From Geosiphon pyriformis uo1 (Eukaryota > Fungi > Glomeromycota): a DNA stretch of 17,834 nucleotides. This document shows positions 1 through 9,560 of the stretch, piece after piece. Location: assembly GCA_016748015.1 (NCBI GenBank), contig JAAOMT010000578.1, positions 36,711 through 54,544 on the forward strand. Direction: 5' to 3'. The notes under the pieces are model-generated. The model had not been told where the DNA came from. It saw nothing but the letters and a program-made list of their open reading frames with translations, and did no database searches. Within the stretch, counting starts at the first letter, position 1; the number at the start of each line of letters is the position of its first letter. The position numbers and the translations under genes were made by a program.

Positions 1-290
1 AAATAATTAAAATCATTTTTAAATATTTAATTTTTTTTAATTTACTTATTTTTCTTCTTAAGTTTTTTTAAGTATTTAAATATTTTTGTAATAAAAAATT
101 ATTTATTAGTATTTATTTGTAATTATTATTTTTAAAAATTATTTAATAAAAATTATTAAAAAATATAATTAATACCTAATATTAAAGTTTAAAAATATTA
201 ATATAAGATATAAAATTATATTAGTGTATTATTTTTTATTAATAATATAAACTATTCTTCTATTTTCAAATTTTTTTATTACTATTATTA

Positions 291-1420
291 TTTTTTTTAT
301 TCATTTAACAAGTAAAGTCCAAATATTATCTAGTATAATACATTAAATAATCAATCTAAACTAGGTGTAAATCATGTATTTTTTACATATAACCAGCCAT
401 TTAAGCTAATTAAAACAATACTAAACACCTATATAAACTAAAACTAGATTTTCAATATCTGAAAAAAATAAACAAGATTTACATAATTCAAAACTAGCAC
501 CAAATGTCTCAGCAATACCAAGCAATTTGACTATACTAGCAAAAAACATTAAAGACACCCCAAAAACTAAAATCAGAGCTAAACCATTACATAATACCAG
601 TCTATTTTTTTCCATAAAAGTACAATGCTTAGTACAGACCAACCAAATCTTATTTCTAAAAGCAAGACAAAAATTACTCACAAAGTTCACAATTTTCTAA
701 TTTGTAATCTTAGAACTTCCAAAGACAGATATAGTTTCTTAAAGCCAATTTTTAAAGACAAAACTCTTACAAAAAACTATACATACTGCAATATTCAAAA
801 CACAGAAGAACAACAATTAAGACATATATGAAAAGAACCAAAAAAGACCAGAAATTACACTCCAAGCAGTTGCATGGGCATTCAACAATTGATAATAAGC
901 AAAAACATTAATCACACAAGAAAAAACATAATCTAAAATCTCAATATTATCACAATACAAACACAATATACTAGAATAACACTTGTTATATAGGTGCTTT
1001 TGAACAGCAACTGGTAGTCAATAATGCAAAGCTTTCATAAAATATGTGTGGGCACTAGTAGTAGGCTTACTAGTAAAATTAACAGCCATGTGTGAATTAG
1101 AATACTATACCAAAGATAAGCTAAGCCAATCAATGTTTGATAATAAACTATTATCCAAAACTTTAAAACCAGAACCAACTTTTCAATGCACATAATAAAT
1201 AGACCAAAAAACTTTATAAATAAAATATCTAAAATTATTAAAAATAATACCACTCTTGGCCAACATGTAATGCTTTTTCAATTAGAAAGAAAGATACCAA
1301 GAAAAAAAAAAAACAGTGTTAGTAAAAGTGTTAGTACATATATTATCCAAAACACCCAAATAATTCTTAACTTTGTGCCAGTTAATATTTAAATTCTTCT
1401 TTTAAACAATGTTTATAATG
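291..1420 (-). mobile_element. 5'-truncated, decayed non-LTR (LINE-type) retrotransposon 3' end
   Basis: Minus-strand decayed reading frame: WHKVKNYLGVLDNICTNTFTN (RNase H C-terminal W-x-KVKGHSG-x-x-GNE-x-AD-like), ALHY*LPVAVQKHL, CLYCDNIEILDYVFSC (zf-RVT-like finger), IWLVCTKH, stop at 421, ~120 nt 3' UTR, then AATAAA/A-run at ~291-301. Confidence 0.8.
421..1420 (-). pseudogene. LINE ORF2 C-terminal part (RNase H tail + CCHC zinc finger + C-terminal domain)
   Basis: ORF-track 421..690 is the terminal piece; the same frame extends upstream through in-frame stops; finger at ~915-965 with H>Y. Confidence 0.75.
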
Positions 1421-1824
1421 TTATTATAGGTGATTATTTGGGATTTCAAAGCAAATAACAAACTCATAACTTGGTGCTTAGAAGCTATTTATGATGATAG
1501 TGTTGGTATCTGAATGTTTGATTGTTCTAAAGGTTTTGGTGTCGAGTCTTTTATATAATAGGCAGAAATTTAATAGTTGTTTTAGTAGCCTTCCAGAATT
1601 TCAATTTCGTCAAATTTTTTTCTCAGTGTAATGGTCAGTAATCTTTCTGGTAAGCTATTTTCAAATCTATGAGTGTTCTATCCTTGTTTCATAGGTCTTT
1701 TACCAGTCCTTATAATGTCTGTAATTTAGCATTTAATTTTTTAGTCAATTTAGTAAACAACAAAAAAATAACAAAAAATAAAAGAAAATAAAAGAAAAAT
1801 AAAAAAATAAGCCAAGGCAATAAA
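1420..1824 (-). mobile_element. Remnant E0: probable 5' leader and start of gag of a third LTR element
   Basis: Directly follows the E1 LTR end: TTTATTGCCTTGGC, then a T-rich run sharing TTATTTTTCTTTTATTTT with the E1 leader, then coding-like sequence with stop codons. No diagnostic domain. Confidence 0.45.
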
Positions 1825-2039
1825 TGTTAGTATTCTGTCAATAGCCATAATCAAGAGCTATTGTTCCAGTGTGGTTAAGTATTAATTACTATCAACATAA
1901 AGTGTTGATAGTGGAAAGTGGGTTTGAGATATTAAATAATTATTTATTTGTGATGTGGAGGATTGCTTAAATCCAATCTAAACTGAGAGGTTTTTTTTTA
2001 ACTAAAGAATTCTGTTTTTTCTACTTCTAGTACTACTGC

Positions 2040-2047
2040 TATATATA
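2040..2047 (-). promoter_or_regulatory. Putative TATA box of E1 LTR
   Basis: Minus-strand GTATATATAG downstream of the CCAAT box and repeat block. Confidence 0.6.
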
Positions 2048-2086
2048 CATATTTGAGATTCCTCAATTTTTCAATTCTTCACACCA

Positions 2087-2224
2087 GAAATCCTGGAATT
2101 TCTGGAATCTTGTAATTTCTTTTGGGAGGAATCTTAGAATTCTGGAATCCTGCAATTCCTTGTATGAGAATCCTGAAATTCCTGGAATCCTGCAATTCCT
2201 CTTAAAAAGAATCCTGGAATTTCA
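2087..2224. repeat. ~3.4 copies of a ~40-bp unit built from TCCTGGAAT-like 9-mers (E1 U3)
   Basis: Units start at ~2088, 2129, 2168 and 2209; consensus GAATCCTGGAATTCCTGGAATCCTGCAATTCCT. Confidence 0.9.
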
Positions 2225-2242
2225 CATTTACTATGGCTACTT

Positions 2243-2252
2243 CTGATTGGCT
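2243..2252 (-). promoter_or_regulatory. CCAAT box (NF-Y/HAP-type context)
   Basis: Minus strand AGCCAATCAG within the LTR U3. Confidence 0.6.
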
Positions 2253-2293
2253 AATTTATATGTTAATATACTTTCTATATTTTATGAATAACA

Positions 2294-2308
2294 TTATTTT
2301 CTCCTTTT
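2294..2308 (-). other. E1 polypurine tract
   Basis: Minus strand AAAAGGAGAAAATAA immediately before LTR TGTTA. Confidence 0.8.
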
Positions 2309-2927
2309 AATATTGAGCTCTGTTGAAATTTCCCAAATTTCCTAACTCTAATTCTCCATTCTTGAGTATTTCTTGAACTTTTTTTTTGAGAATTACTTGT
2401 GTTATCTTATTCTGTAATTCTTCAAATTGGGTGTTAGTTATTTTCTCCATTTGGTTAACTGTAATGAAATCCATTTCTGGATTAAGTAAAATTTCTGATC
2501 TGTCTTGAAATTCAGTCTGTAGCCAATAGATAGCTCTTGCTTGTGTTGTCAAATTGTTCTTTTCCACAAATTGTTCTAGTTGTTGCAGTATAGCTGTATT
2601 AAATAATTGTTTTGTTTTATCTATGTATAAGTTTTGAATATTCAAGTATCATCTCAAGTGGAAGTAACAAAAATTTCTTGGAAATTGTTGTATCCACTAA
2701 TCCCAAGTTTTTAGTATTTTCTGTATTTTTCTATTTTTTATCTTGTGGTTTTTTCTTGATATTTGTATATTTGATAGTCTGTTGACTGATTGTAATTTTC
2801 ATCTCTTGTTGTTAGATCAATTAGAAAAGTTGTTGTGTTAGTAAATGAATGTTTTCAGTAATATCCATTTTTTTGCTGTCTTTTTATCACATATACTGTG
2901 TCTTTATATACTCTTTTGGTTGTTCAA
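2307..2927 (-). pseudogene. E1 ORF3 (post-integrase ORF, unknown function)
   Basis: ORF-track 2307..2645 extends in frame upstream through stops; homologous to E2 10200-10676; its stop overlaps the PPT. The 5' limit is approximate. Confidence 0.7.
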
Positions 2928-2929
2928 TT

Positions 2930-4300
2930 TTATGTGTTTGGTTCAATGATTATAATTGGTTCTAAATTTTATAGAATCTCATCTGGTTTAACTAGTATTC
3001 TCTGTACTCTTAGTTGTGGAATATTACTAATAGATAATGATGCTGTATGGTAATATTGTTTTAGTTGATTACCATATGCTGCTTTGGTTAAAATTTTGTT
3101 GTTCAACCTTAATTTATAAGCTCCATTTCTAAGAATTTCTTTTAAGTAAAATTGTCTGTCCCATTTGGGGTCAAATTTTCTACTCTATTGTTTTTCTGCT
3201 TTGGTACAATGTAGAAGTACTTTGTCTTCAATCTTAAATTCAATTGGTTTCTCTGATAGTTGGTTATAATATCTTTCTTTTTGTTTTTCTTGTGACTTTT
3301 GTATATTATCAGCTGCTTTTTGCTTTTTGTTTTCTAGTGTTTCCATTAGGTCATACGTTTTTCTTAACAATATTCTTTGGAAATTTTCTTCTGTTATTGG
3401 TTTTGTTGGATATGTTTATACTTTTATCTCTACTGGTAGTATTGCTGTCCTATCATATACTAATTCAAATGGTGTTGTTTATGTAGTATCTTGCTTTATT
3501 GTCCAGTAAACAAATAATACTGATGATATGAACAAATTCCATTCATTTTGATTTTCTTGGCTGATTTTGGCAATTGCTTCACACAATGTTCTATTGAATC
3601 TTTCAACTAATCTATTGGTTTGTAGATGGTATGATGATTACAATAGTCTTTTAATTCCAAATTTTTGACTTAATTCTTTTAATATTCTATTCACAAAATG
3701 AGTTTCTTGATTTGATAATAGTTCTTTTGGATATTTGTGTTAACAGATTAAGTCTTAATAAAAGAATTTAGCAACAGATTCTGCATCTGCTCTTTGAATG
3801 GCTTTTGCTTCTGGCCATTTAGTGAGATAGTCCATGGCTACCACAATATATCTGTTGCCTCTACTGGTGATTGTTAATGGTCTGACTAAGTCAATTCCGA
3901 TATGATTGAATGGTTGTTCCACTTTAATTCATTTTAATGATTTACTGGGTCTTGTTCCTCCTTTTTTTTGACAAGTATCACAATTTTGAACATATTAGAT
4001 AATGTCTGGATACATTAATAGCCAATAATATCTTTTTCTGGTTCTTTCCATGGTTGTTTTTTTATGAAAATGTCCTGCTGTTGGATTTAAGTACATGTTG
4101 AACAGTATTGTTTCTTTTTCTGGTTCTGTAATCACTCTGGTTGGTTGGTCTAGATTTTTTTGGTTTTTTTGGTAAAGTATATTTTGATGATTGATAAAAT
4201 ATTTTGATTGCTGTTTTATGTTGTTTTGTTCTTTTTGAGATAATTTCTCCTTGAACAATTGGGTATTTATATAATGCTAAAGTTGTTGGTATTTTTGTGT
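2930..4300 (-). pseudogene. E1 integrase (HHCC, DDE core, GPY/F)
   Basis: AGHF...YYW...CDTCQ; IGIDLVRPL; VAMDYLTKWPEA; TNRLVERFNRTL; TPFELVY; KFDPKWDRQF. Confidence 0.95.
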
Positions 4301-4354
4301 GTTCATCTTTTTGTTATATTTTTTGGGTTGAAATGTTTTTAGATTTGTCTTATT

Positions 4355-4795
4355 TATGACAAACTGTCAGCATTTCTATTGTTTTTTCCCTTTTTATAAT
4401 GTACTATAAATTTATATGGTGATAGTGCTATTTTTTATCTGGTATAACAATCATTTCCAAATTCTTGCTTCTGGATTAAAGTCAACTCTTTGTGATCAGT
4501 ATATATATCAAACTTTTGGCTCAAGTATTTTTTCCATTTGGTGACAGCCCAATAGATTGCTAAATGCTCTAGTGCTGAAGTTCCATAGTTTTTTTCAGCT
4601 GAACTTAAGCTTTTACTGACATAAGCTACTGGATGTTCTCTTCCATCTGGTTCTTTCTGTAATAGTACGGCTTCTAATGTTTGGCCTGATGCATCAGTGA
4701 TGATGATGAATGGTTTGTTGTGATCTGGATACATCAACATTAGAGCTTGAATAAGCTTTTGTCTCAGTATGTCAAATGCTTTTTGTTGAGCTCCT
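4355..4795 (-). pseudogene. E1 RNase H (Ty3/gypsy type)
   Basis: IITDASG; PVAYVSKSLSSAEKNY; LEHLAIYWAV; IYTDHK; NRNADSLS. Confidence 0.95.
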
Positions 4796-4797
4796 GT

Positions 4798-5640
4798 CTA
4801 TTCATACTTGACATTTTTAGTTTGTAGATGATAAAGTGGCTGAGCCAGTTTAGAAAAGTCCTTGATAAAATGACAATAATAGCTTATAAATTCCAAAAAT
4901 GCTCTTAGTTCTGTCAGATTAGTTAGTACTGGAAAGTTCTTTACTATTGCAATCTTATCTGGATCCGTTTTTATACCATCTTTGCTTATAATATGTCCCA
5001 AAAACTTGAGTTCAGTTTTTTCAAAAAAACACTTAGTTGTATTTAGTTTCAATCTGGCTCTTCTGAGTCTTTCAAATACTTGTTGGAGATGATGCAGATG
5101 ATCATCAAATGTTTTTGAGAACACATTAGTGTTATCCAAGTATATAACTACTGATTTCCATAGTAGCCTGGTATAGACAATTTCCATAAGCCATTGAAAT
5201 ATTGCTGGAGTATTCATTAAGCCAAATAGCATTACTTCAAATTCAAAATTCTTTTTTCGTGTTGTGAAAGCCATTTTCTCTTTATCTTCTAGCTTTATGG
5301 CTACTTGCCAATAACCACTGTCTAAGTTCAATGTTGAAAACAATTTTTTTTCTCCAAAAGTGTCAAACAGCTCTTGAATCTTTGGAGTTGGGTAGCTGTC
5401 TCCTTTTGTCACTCCATTTAGTTTCTGGTAGTCTACACAAAAACGGATTTTCCCATTTTTCTTATGGACCAGTACTACTGGTGATAACCATAGGCTCATT
5501 GATGACTGAATTAGTCTATTGTCTAACATCCAATTAATTTCTTGACGAATAATCTCATGGCTGGCTGGTAGTACTCAATATGCTTTTTGTTTAATTGGCA
5601 TTGTATCTTCAGTCTTGATCTGATGCTAAATTATGTTGGT
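4798..5640 (-). pseudogene. E1 reverse transcriptase
   Basis: SPVVLVHKKNGKIRFCVDYQKLN; LDSGYWQV; MLFGLMNTPAIFQ; YLDN at 5131-5142 (YLDD decayed); FLGHII. Confidence 0.97.
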
Positions 5641-6171
5641 TCTGCCAAATTTGTTTTTACTGGCAAAGATGTCATTGAATTTGTTAAATAACATCTTTAG
5701 TTGCATCTGTTGGAATGGGTCTAAATTTCTCATGTTTATCTGTTCCAATTGTTCTAATTGGAGCAGATAACTTTTGCTTCATCTGTAAATGATTTGTAAT
5801 GTGATGTCTACATATTCACAAAGCTGTGGAAAATCTGGAATGTAGTTTGGTGGTTGATTTTCAACTTCAGTGGTTAAATATTTAATAATGGTTCCCTTTG
5901 GTATTTTGATGACCTTTCCAGTTGTGTTGTAGATAGAAATTTTAATGTTTTTGGGGCTTTTAGCTAATATGTAGAGATTAGTGAGTCCAATCTCTCCTGA
6001 TTTGCAAATGGTAGCTTCTGTTTCAAACAACTGAGCTTGATTTTTTACTTCCTTTTTTATGGCTAACATATACTGGTCATATAATGGAATGGAAATTAAT
6101 TAATGGGTTGAGATAATTTCTTCTTTGTCAACAATTTCTTCTTTTGCCATATTGATTGGTATATCTATCTT

Positions 6172-6590
6172 ACCTGTTGCTCTGAATCTCTATAATCCTT
6201 TAGCTGTGATACCTAGTTCTTTTTTTTTTCCCACTGAAACTAATTGAGCTATTTTCACCAAAAGTAAGAATATTGCCTGTGCTATCTTTTTATTTGGCTT
6301 TATAATATAGGCTTTTTCTGAATTATTTTGTAGCATGACAATGATATTTTCTATGTATTCCACATCAATTATTTCTCTTCTAATGTTGATTTTTTTTTCA
6401 CTAAACTACTCTTAGATGCTAATTGAATCATGGTTGTTGTTGAAATTTTCAGAGCTATTTTGAGATCAATATATGTGCACAAATTTGGTTCCAATTTGAT
6501 GGCTTTTTTTCCCAGATATCTCAGATCAAATCCTGTATCAGTATCATGCACACATTCTGGCATGATACCTTTATTATTGTCATTATACCA
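6172..6590 (-). pseudogene. E1 dUTPase domain
   Basis: All five motifs recognisable: TGFDL, ASKSSL (RSSL), EIIDVEY (GxIDxxY), KIAQAI, AKGL*RFRATG (RGxxGFGSTG); frameshift in an A-run near 6390. Confidence 0.9.
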
Positions 6591-6829
6591 TTTGAGTTCC
6601 TGCTCCTTAGAGAGATCAGGAAGTGCGATGTATATTCTGGAGTTTAAATTGAAGTCTGAATTATTGATATTTTTGTTGCTATATTGAGTGGAGCTAAAAC
6701 TGGTGTTTTCATTGTTGACATTGTTGGAGTTTGAATCAGAATTGAAAACTGATTCTGATTCTGATGCACAGCTGCTGATTGGTTCTTCTTCTGGAATTAT
6801 GTAGATTATGTATGATGGTAGATTGTAAA

Positions 6830-7455
6830 TGAGATCACACTCATTACAATACTGAAAGTCACAGAGAATTAAGCAATATTAACATAATTGAGTATTCAAT
6901 TGCTCTAAATGCTGCTCTTGTTCTTCCCTAGTGGATGCTAATTGCTGGTAATATTCATGAAATTCTTTTGGATCATCTTTAATATTGCCAAAGATGTCAA
7001 AAGTTTGAATGTATTCAGATTTAGAAAAAAATAGAGGGTTGTTTTTGATTTCCAGTAGTTTACTGGTTGTCACATCCTCTACTTTCACACTTGTCATTCT
7101 CCAGAGTTCATCTTCATCATGGGAATATCTTTTTAATTGTCACAATGATTGTTTCCAGGCATCATCAATTGGTGTTCTCTTGTATATCCAGTCATTAATT
7201 AGGATCATATACTGGCACATTTCATTGCATATTTCTCTGCGTCCAGAAATGTCATTCCATATTCCTTCATCAGACAAAATAGTTTCACATGTGAGACATA
7301 GTTCATTGTCCCATTTTTCTTGCTGTTTTAATTGTCCAAAGCATTCTATGTCACATGGGCAACAGTAGAATTTGGTTGTCATTTGATGTTTCTTATCATT
7401 GCCATAACATGTGCCTATTGATAACAATTTCTTGCTGCAATCAATGCATATGAGT
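6830..7455 (-). pseudogene. E1 Cys-rich domain of unknown function between PR and dUTPase
   Basis: CIDC, C, CCPC, CLTC, CNEMC and C*YC-x3-C-x4-CNEC clusters, matched in E2. Confidence 0.7.
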
Positions 7456-7819
7456 TTTGGCCGACAGTAGGTAGATTATTGTGGTATAGTGTAGGTGTAG
7501 TAATTATAAGGAGGACTGATAGGTGTTGTTTCTTTTCCCTTGTCAGTCTTTTCCCACTCCCAGTTTGCTGATTCATCTTGATTATTATCAGTTTCCTAGA
7601 CTTAGTCGGCATTCCAAGTAAGTTCTTCTTTTTCCTTTTTTTTTCTCTTATTATTGTCTTACAAAAGTATTGGTAGTAGCTCATTGTGGTTTTTGTCAGT
7701 CCAGAATACTTGATAGACTTCCCAAATAGGTTTCTTTTTATCTTTTTCGAATTTGATAAGTGAAGCTAATGGCGTGGTAATGGATTTGAAGTCACCACAC
7801 ATGGCTGGTACACATGTGT

Positions 7820-8060
7820 ATTATCTATTTCACCAATTGGAGTCTTGATGGCTCCATCAGCTGTAATTATTCTTGCACTGGCAGTTCGATCAACTCAGCA
7901 ACCTAATTGGTCCATAAGCTGTCTTGTGATGATGCTGTTAGCTGATTTACTATCTAGGATCAATTTGATAAGATGGGTATCAACTTTGGTGTCAGTATAC
8001 ATTGTGGGAATTGGTTTTTCCTTGAGTGCAGCTCCACTGAACAAGGGTGTAGATGTCAGT
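7820..8060 (-). pseudogene. E1 aspartic protease (C-terminal part deleted)
   Basis: KLILDSKSANSII (DSG>DSK, 7946-7954), IITADG, TPIGEIDN, then an abrupt jump. Confidence 0.9.
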
Positions 8061-8625
8061 TCTTCAAGTTTGAATGGGAAGATAGCTGTGAGTAACTTGT
8101 CATTGGTGACAGTTGTTGGTGAAATATTGCTGATAAGTGGCTGTTTCTGGTTGGATTCCAGGTGGTTGGATGTAGTGTCTTCTAGGGTGACTAGAAGACT
8201 TAAATAGTTCTAAGAATTCAGGTTTTGGGTGTACTTGGTGCCCGAATTCCATTGTTGCAATCCTGATGGTTGCATGGAGAAACTGAGAATTAGTTGATGA
8301 ACTACCATTAATGATTTCCAGCTTTGCTATGTTAGTTTTGGCCTTTGGGTTCTGTTTTGAGATAAGTTTTGGGCAGTATTTGGATTTGTTGGGGCTGATA
8401 AATTATCTAAGACTGTGGCTGATAAATGGGTTAGGGCTGTGGTTGATAAATGACAAGTGTTGTTGGTTGATAGATTGATGATTAATAAATTTACTGCTGT
8501 GTTATAAGTACGTAATTTGGTTGATATTATTCTGGTGATTAATTACTGACATAATTCTGAGTTTGTAGTTGGCAATTGGAGTTTCAATACTGATTAGCTG
8601 ATCTCTGGTCACTTATTTTTCTTTG

Positions 8626-9197
8626 ACATTCAAATTGTAAATGTTTTTGTTTATCACAATAATGGTATGTACACGTTCCCTGCAGCCACTGTTGATTGGT
8701 CAAGAATGATGCTGAACACAACTAATTTTGGAAGCAATTTTCATTTCTCTGATTGTTGCATTGTTGTGGGGGTTGATAAATTGCTTAATTGGTGTTAGCT
8801 AAGTACTGCTCTAATTTTTGATTAATTAATTTGCTAAATTGTTTTAATTTGGAATCCAATTCAGATGATCTGTTCATTACTAAATTTACTGCTTAAGTGT
8901 GGTTGGCTTCTAATTCAGCTGCTTCAAAGTCTCTTGCATTTGTAACTGCAGCTTGAAGATCTGTTGAATGCATTGAGCATACATACTGAAAAATGCTACT
9001 GCATAAATCTTAAATGAATTGATTTAGAATTTAGGGTGCTGTAAAATAATCAGTCTGAATTGCCTAAATTTGGTGCAGATTTCTGTGAAAGTGTCCTAAG
9101 TAAGTAGTGACTGCTTCATTTTCTCTTTGCTTAATGATGGTAAAAGTGTTTGCCAATTGGTTGATGCTATTATTATTACTGAAATATTATAGGAATG
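8626..9197 (-). pseudogene. E1 Gag (capsid-like C-terminal part + zinc knuckle)
   Basis: IKQRENEAVTTYLGHF, ILNQFI*DL, and YHYCDKQKHLQFEC at 8626-8667 (CX2CX4HX4C with first C>Y). Confidence 0.85.
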
Positions 9198-9549
9198 TCT
9201 GCTGTTACTGGAGGTTTTTGGTCTTTTTTCTTGAATGTTGTTACTGTTTATCTGTTGTTAATTTCACGTTTTCTGGAAGCAGTTGAATCTCCAATAATTA
9301 AATTTATTTTCAAATTATCTCTTATAATTTGAACTGTTGGGCTTATAAGTAAAATGGCCAATTCTGTGCCAGTTACTTTGTGTAGTTACATTGTAGTAAA
9401 CATCAACTCTTTCTTAGGCATTGCTCATCTAAAAGCTCACTAAAATTGTACTTTGCTGTGAAAGTCAACTCTTCTATAGAAATCTCATCTGTAGGCTACT
9501 CTAATAATTGTAATAAAAAAATAAAAGAAAAATAAAAGAAATGTAAAAG

Positions 9550-9560
9550 AAATAGAATTC
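9550..9560 (-). other. Candidate self-priming PBS of E1
   Basis: GAATTCTATTT is 10/11 complementary to AAACAGAATTC in the E1 LTR (2017>2007), which starts 30 nt after the TATA. Confidence 0.6.

Larger units (their letters stand above)
1825..2293 (-). repeat. E1 3' LTR (~469 bp, TGTTA...TAACA)
   Basis: Minus strand starts TGTTATTC right after the PPT and ends GAATACTAACA; contains CCAAT box, tandem repeats and TATA. Only one copy in window, so the 1825 boundary rests on the terminal inverted motif. Confidence 0.75.
1825..9560 (-). mobile_element. Ty3/gypsy LTR retrotransposon E1 (decayed; own 5' LTR not in window)
   Basis: Domain order Gag-PR-(Cys-rich)-dUTPase-RT-RH-IN, PPT at 2294-2308, LTR 1825-2293. 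Confidence 0.95.

Noticed and set aside
1-290. Extremely AT-rich stretch as an origin or regulatory element
   Set aside because: No motif or periodicity; consistent with old decayed repeat or intergenic DNA.
625-1392. ORFs 625..831, 1035..1253 and 1186..1392 as genes
   Set aside because: Antisense or off-frame shadows of the LINE ORF.
2087-2224. CRISPR-like array
   Set aside because: Units are adjacent without spacer-length unique sequence, lie inside an LTR, and there are no cas genes.
2307-2927. env gene / endogenous retrovirus
   Set aside because: Short and hydrophilic, no signal peptide or TM; RT, RNase H and IN are Ty3/gypsy-type.
3244-8207. Plus-strand ORFs (3244, 3327, 5331, 6430, 7009, 7845) and minus-strand 7415..7684
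   Set aside because: Antisense or alternate-frame shadows of pol; hydrophobicity reflects the T-rich strand.
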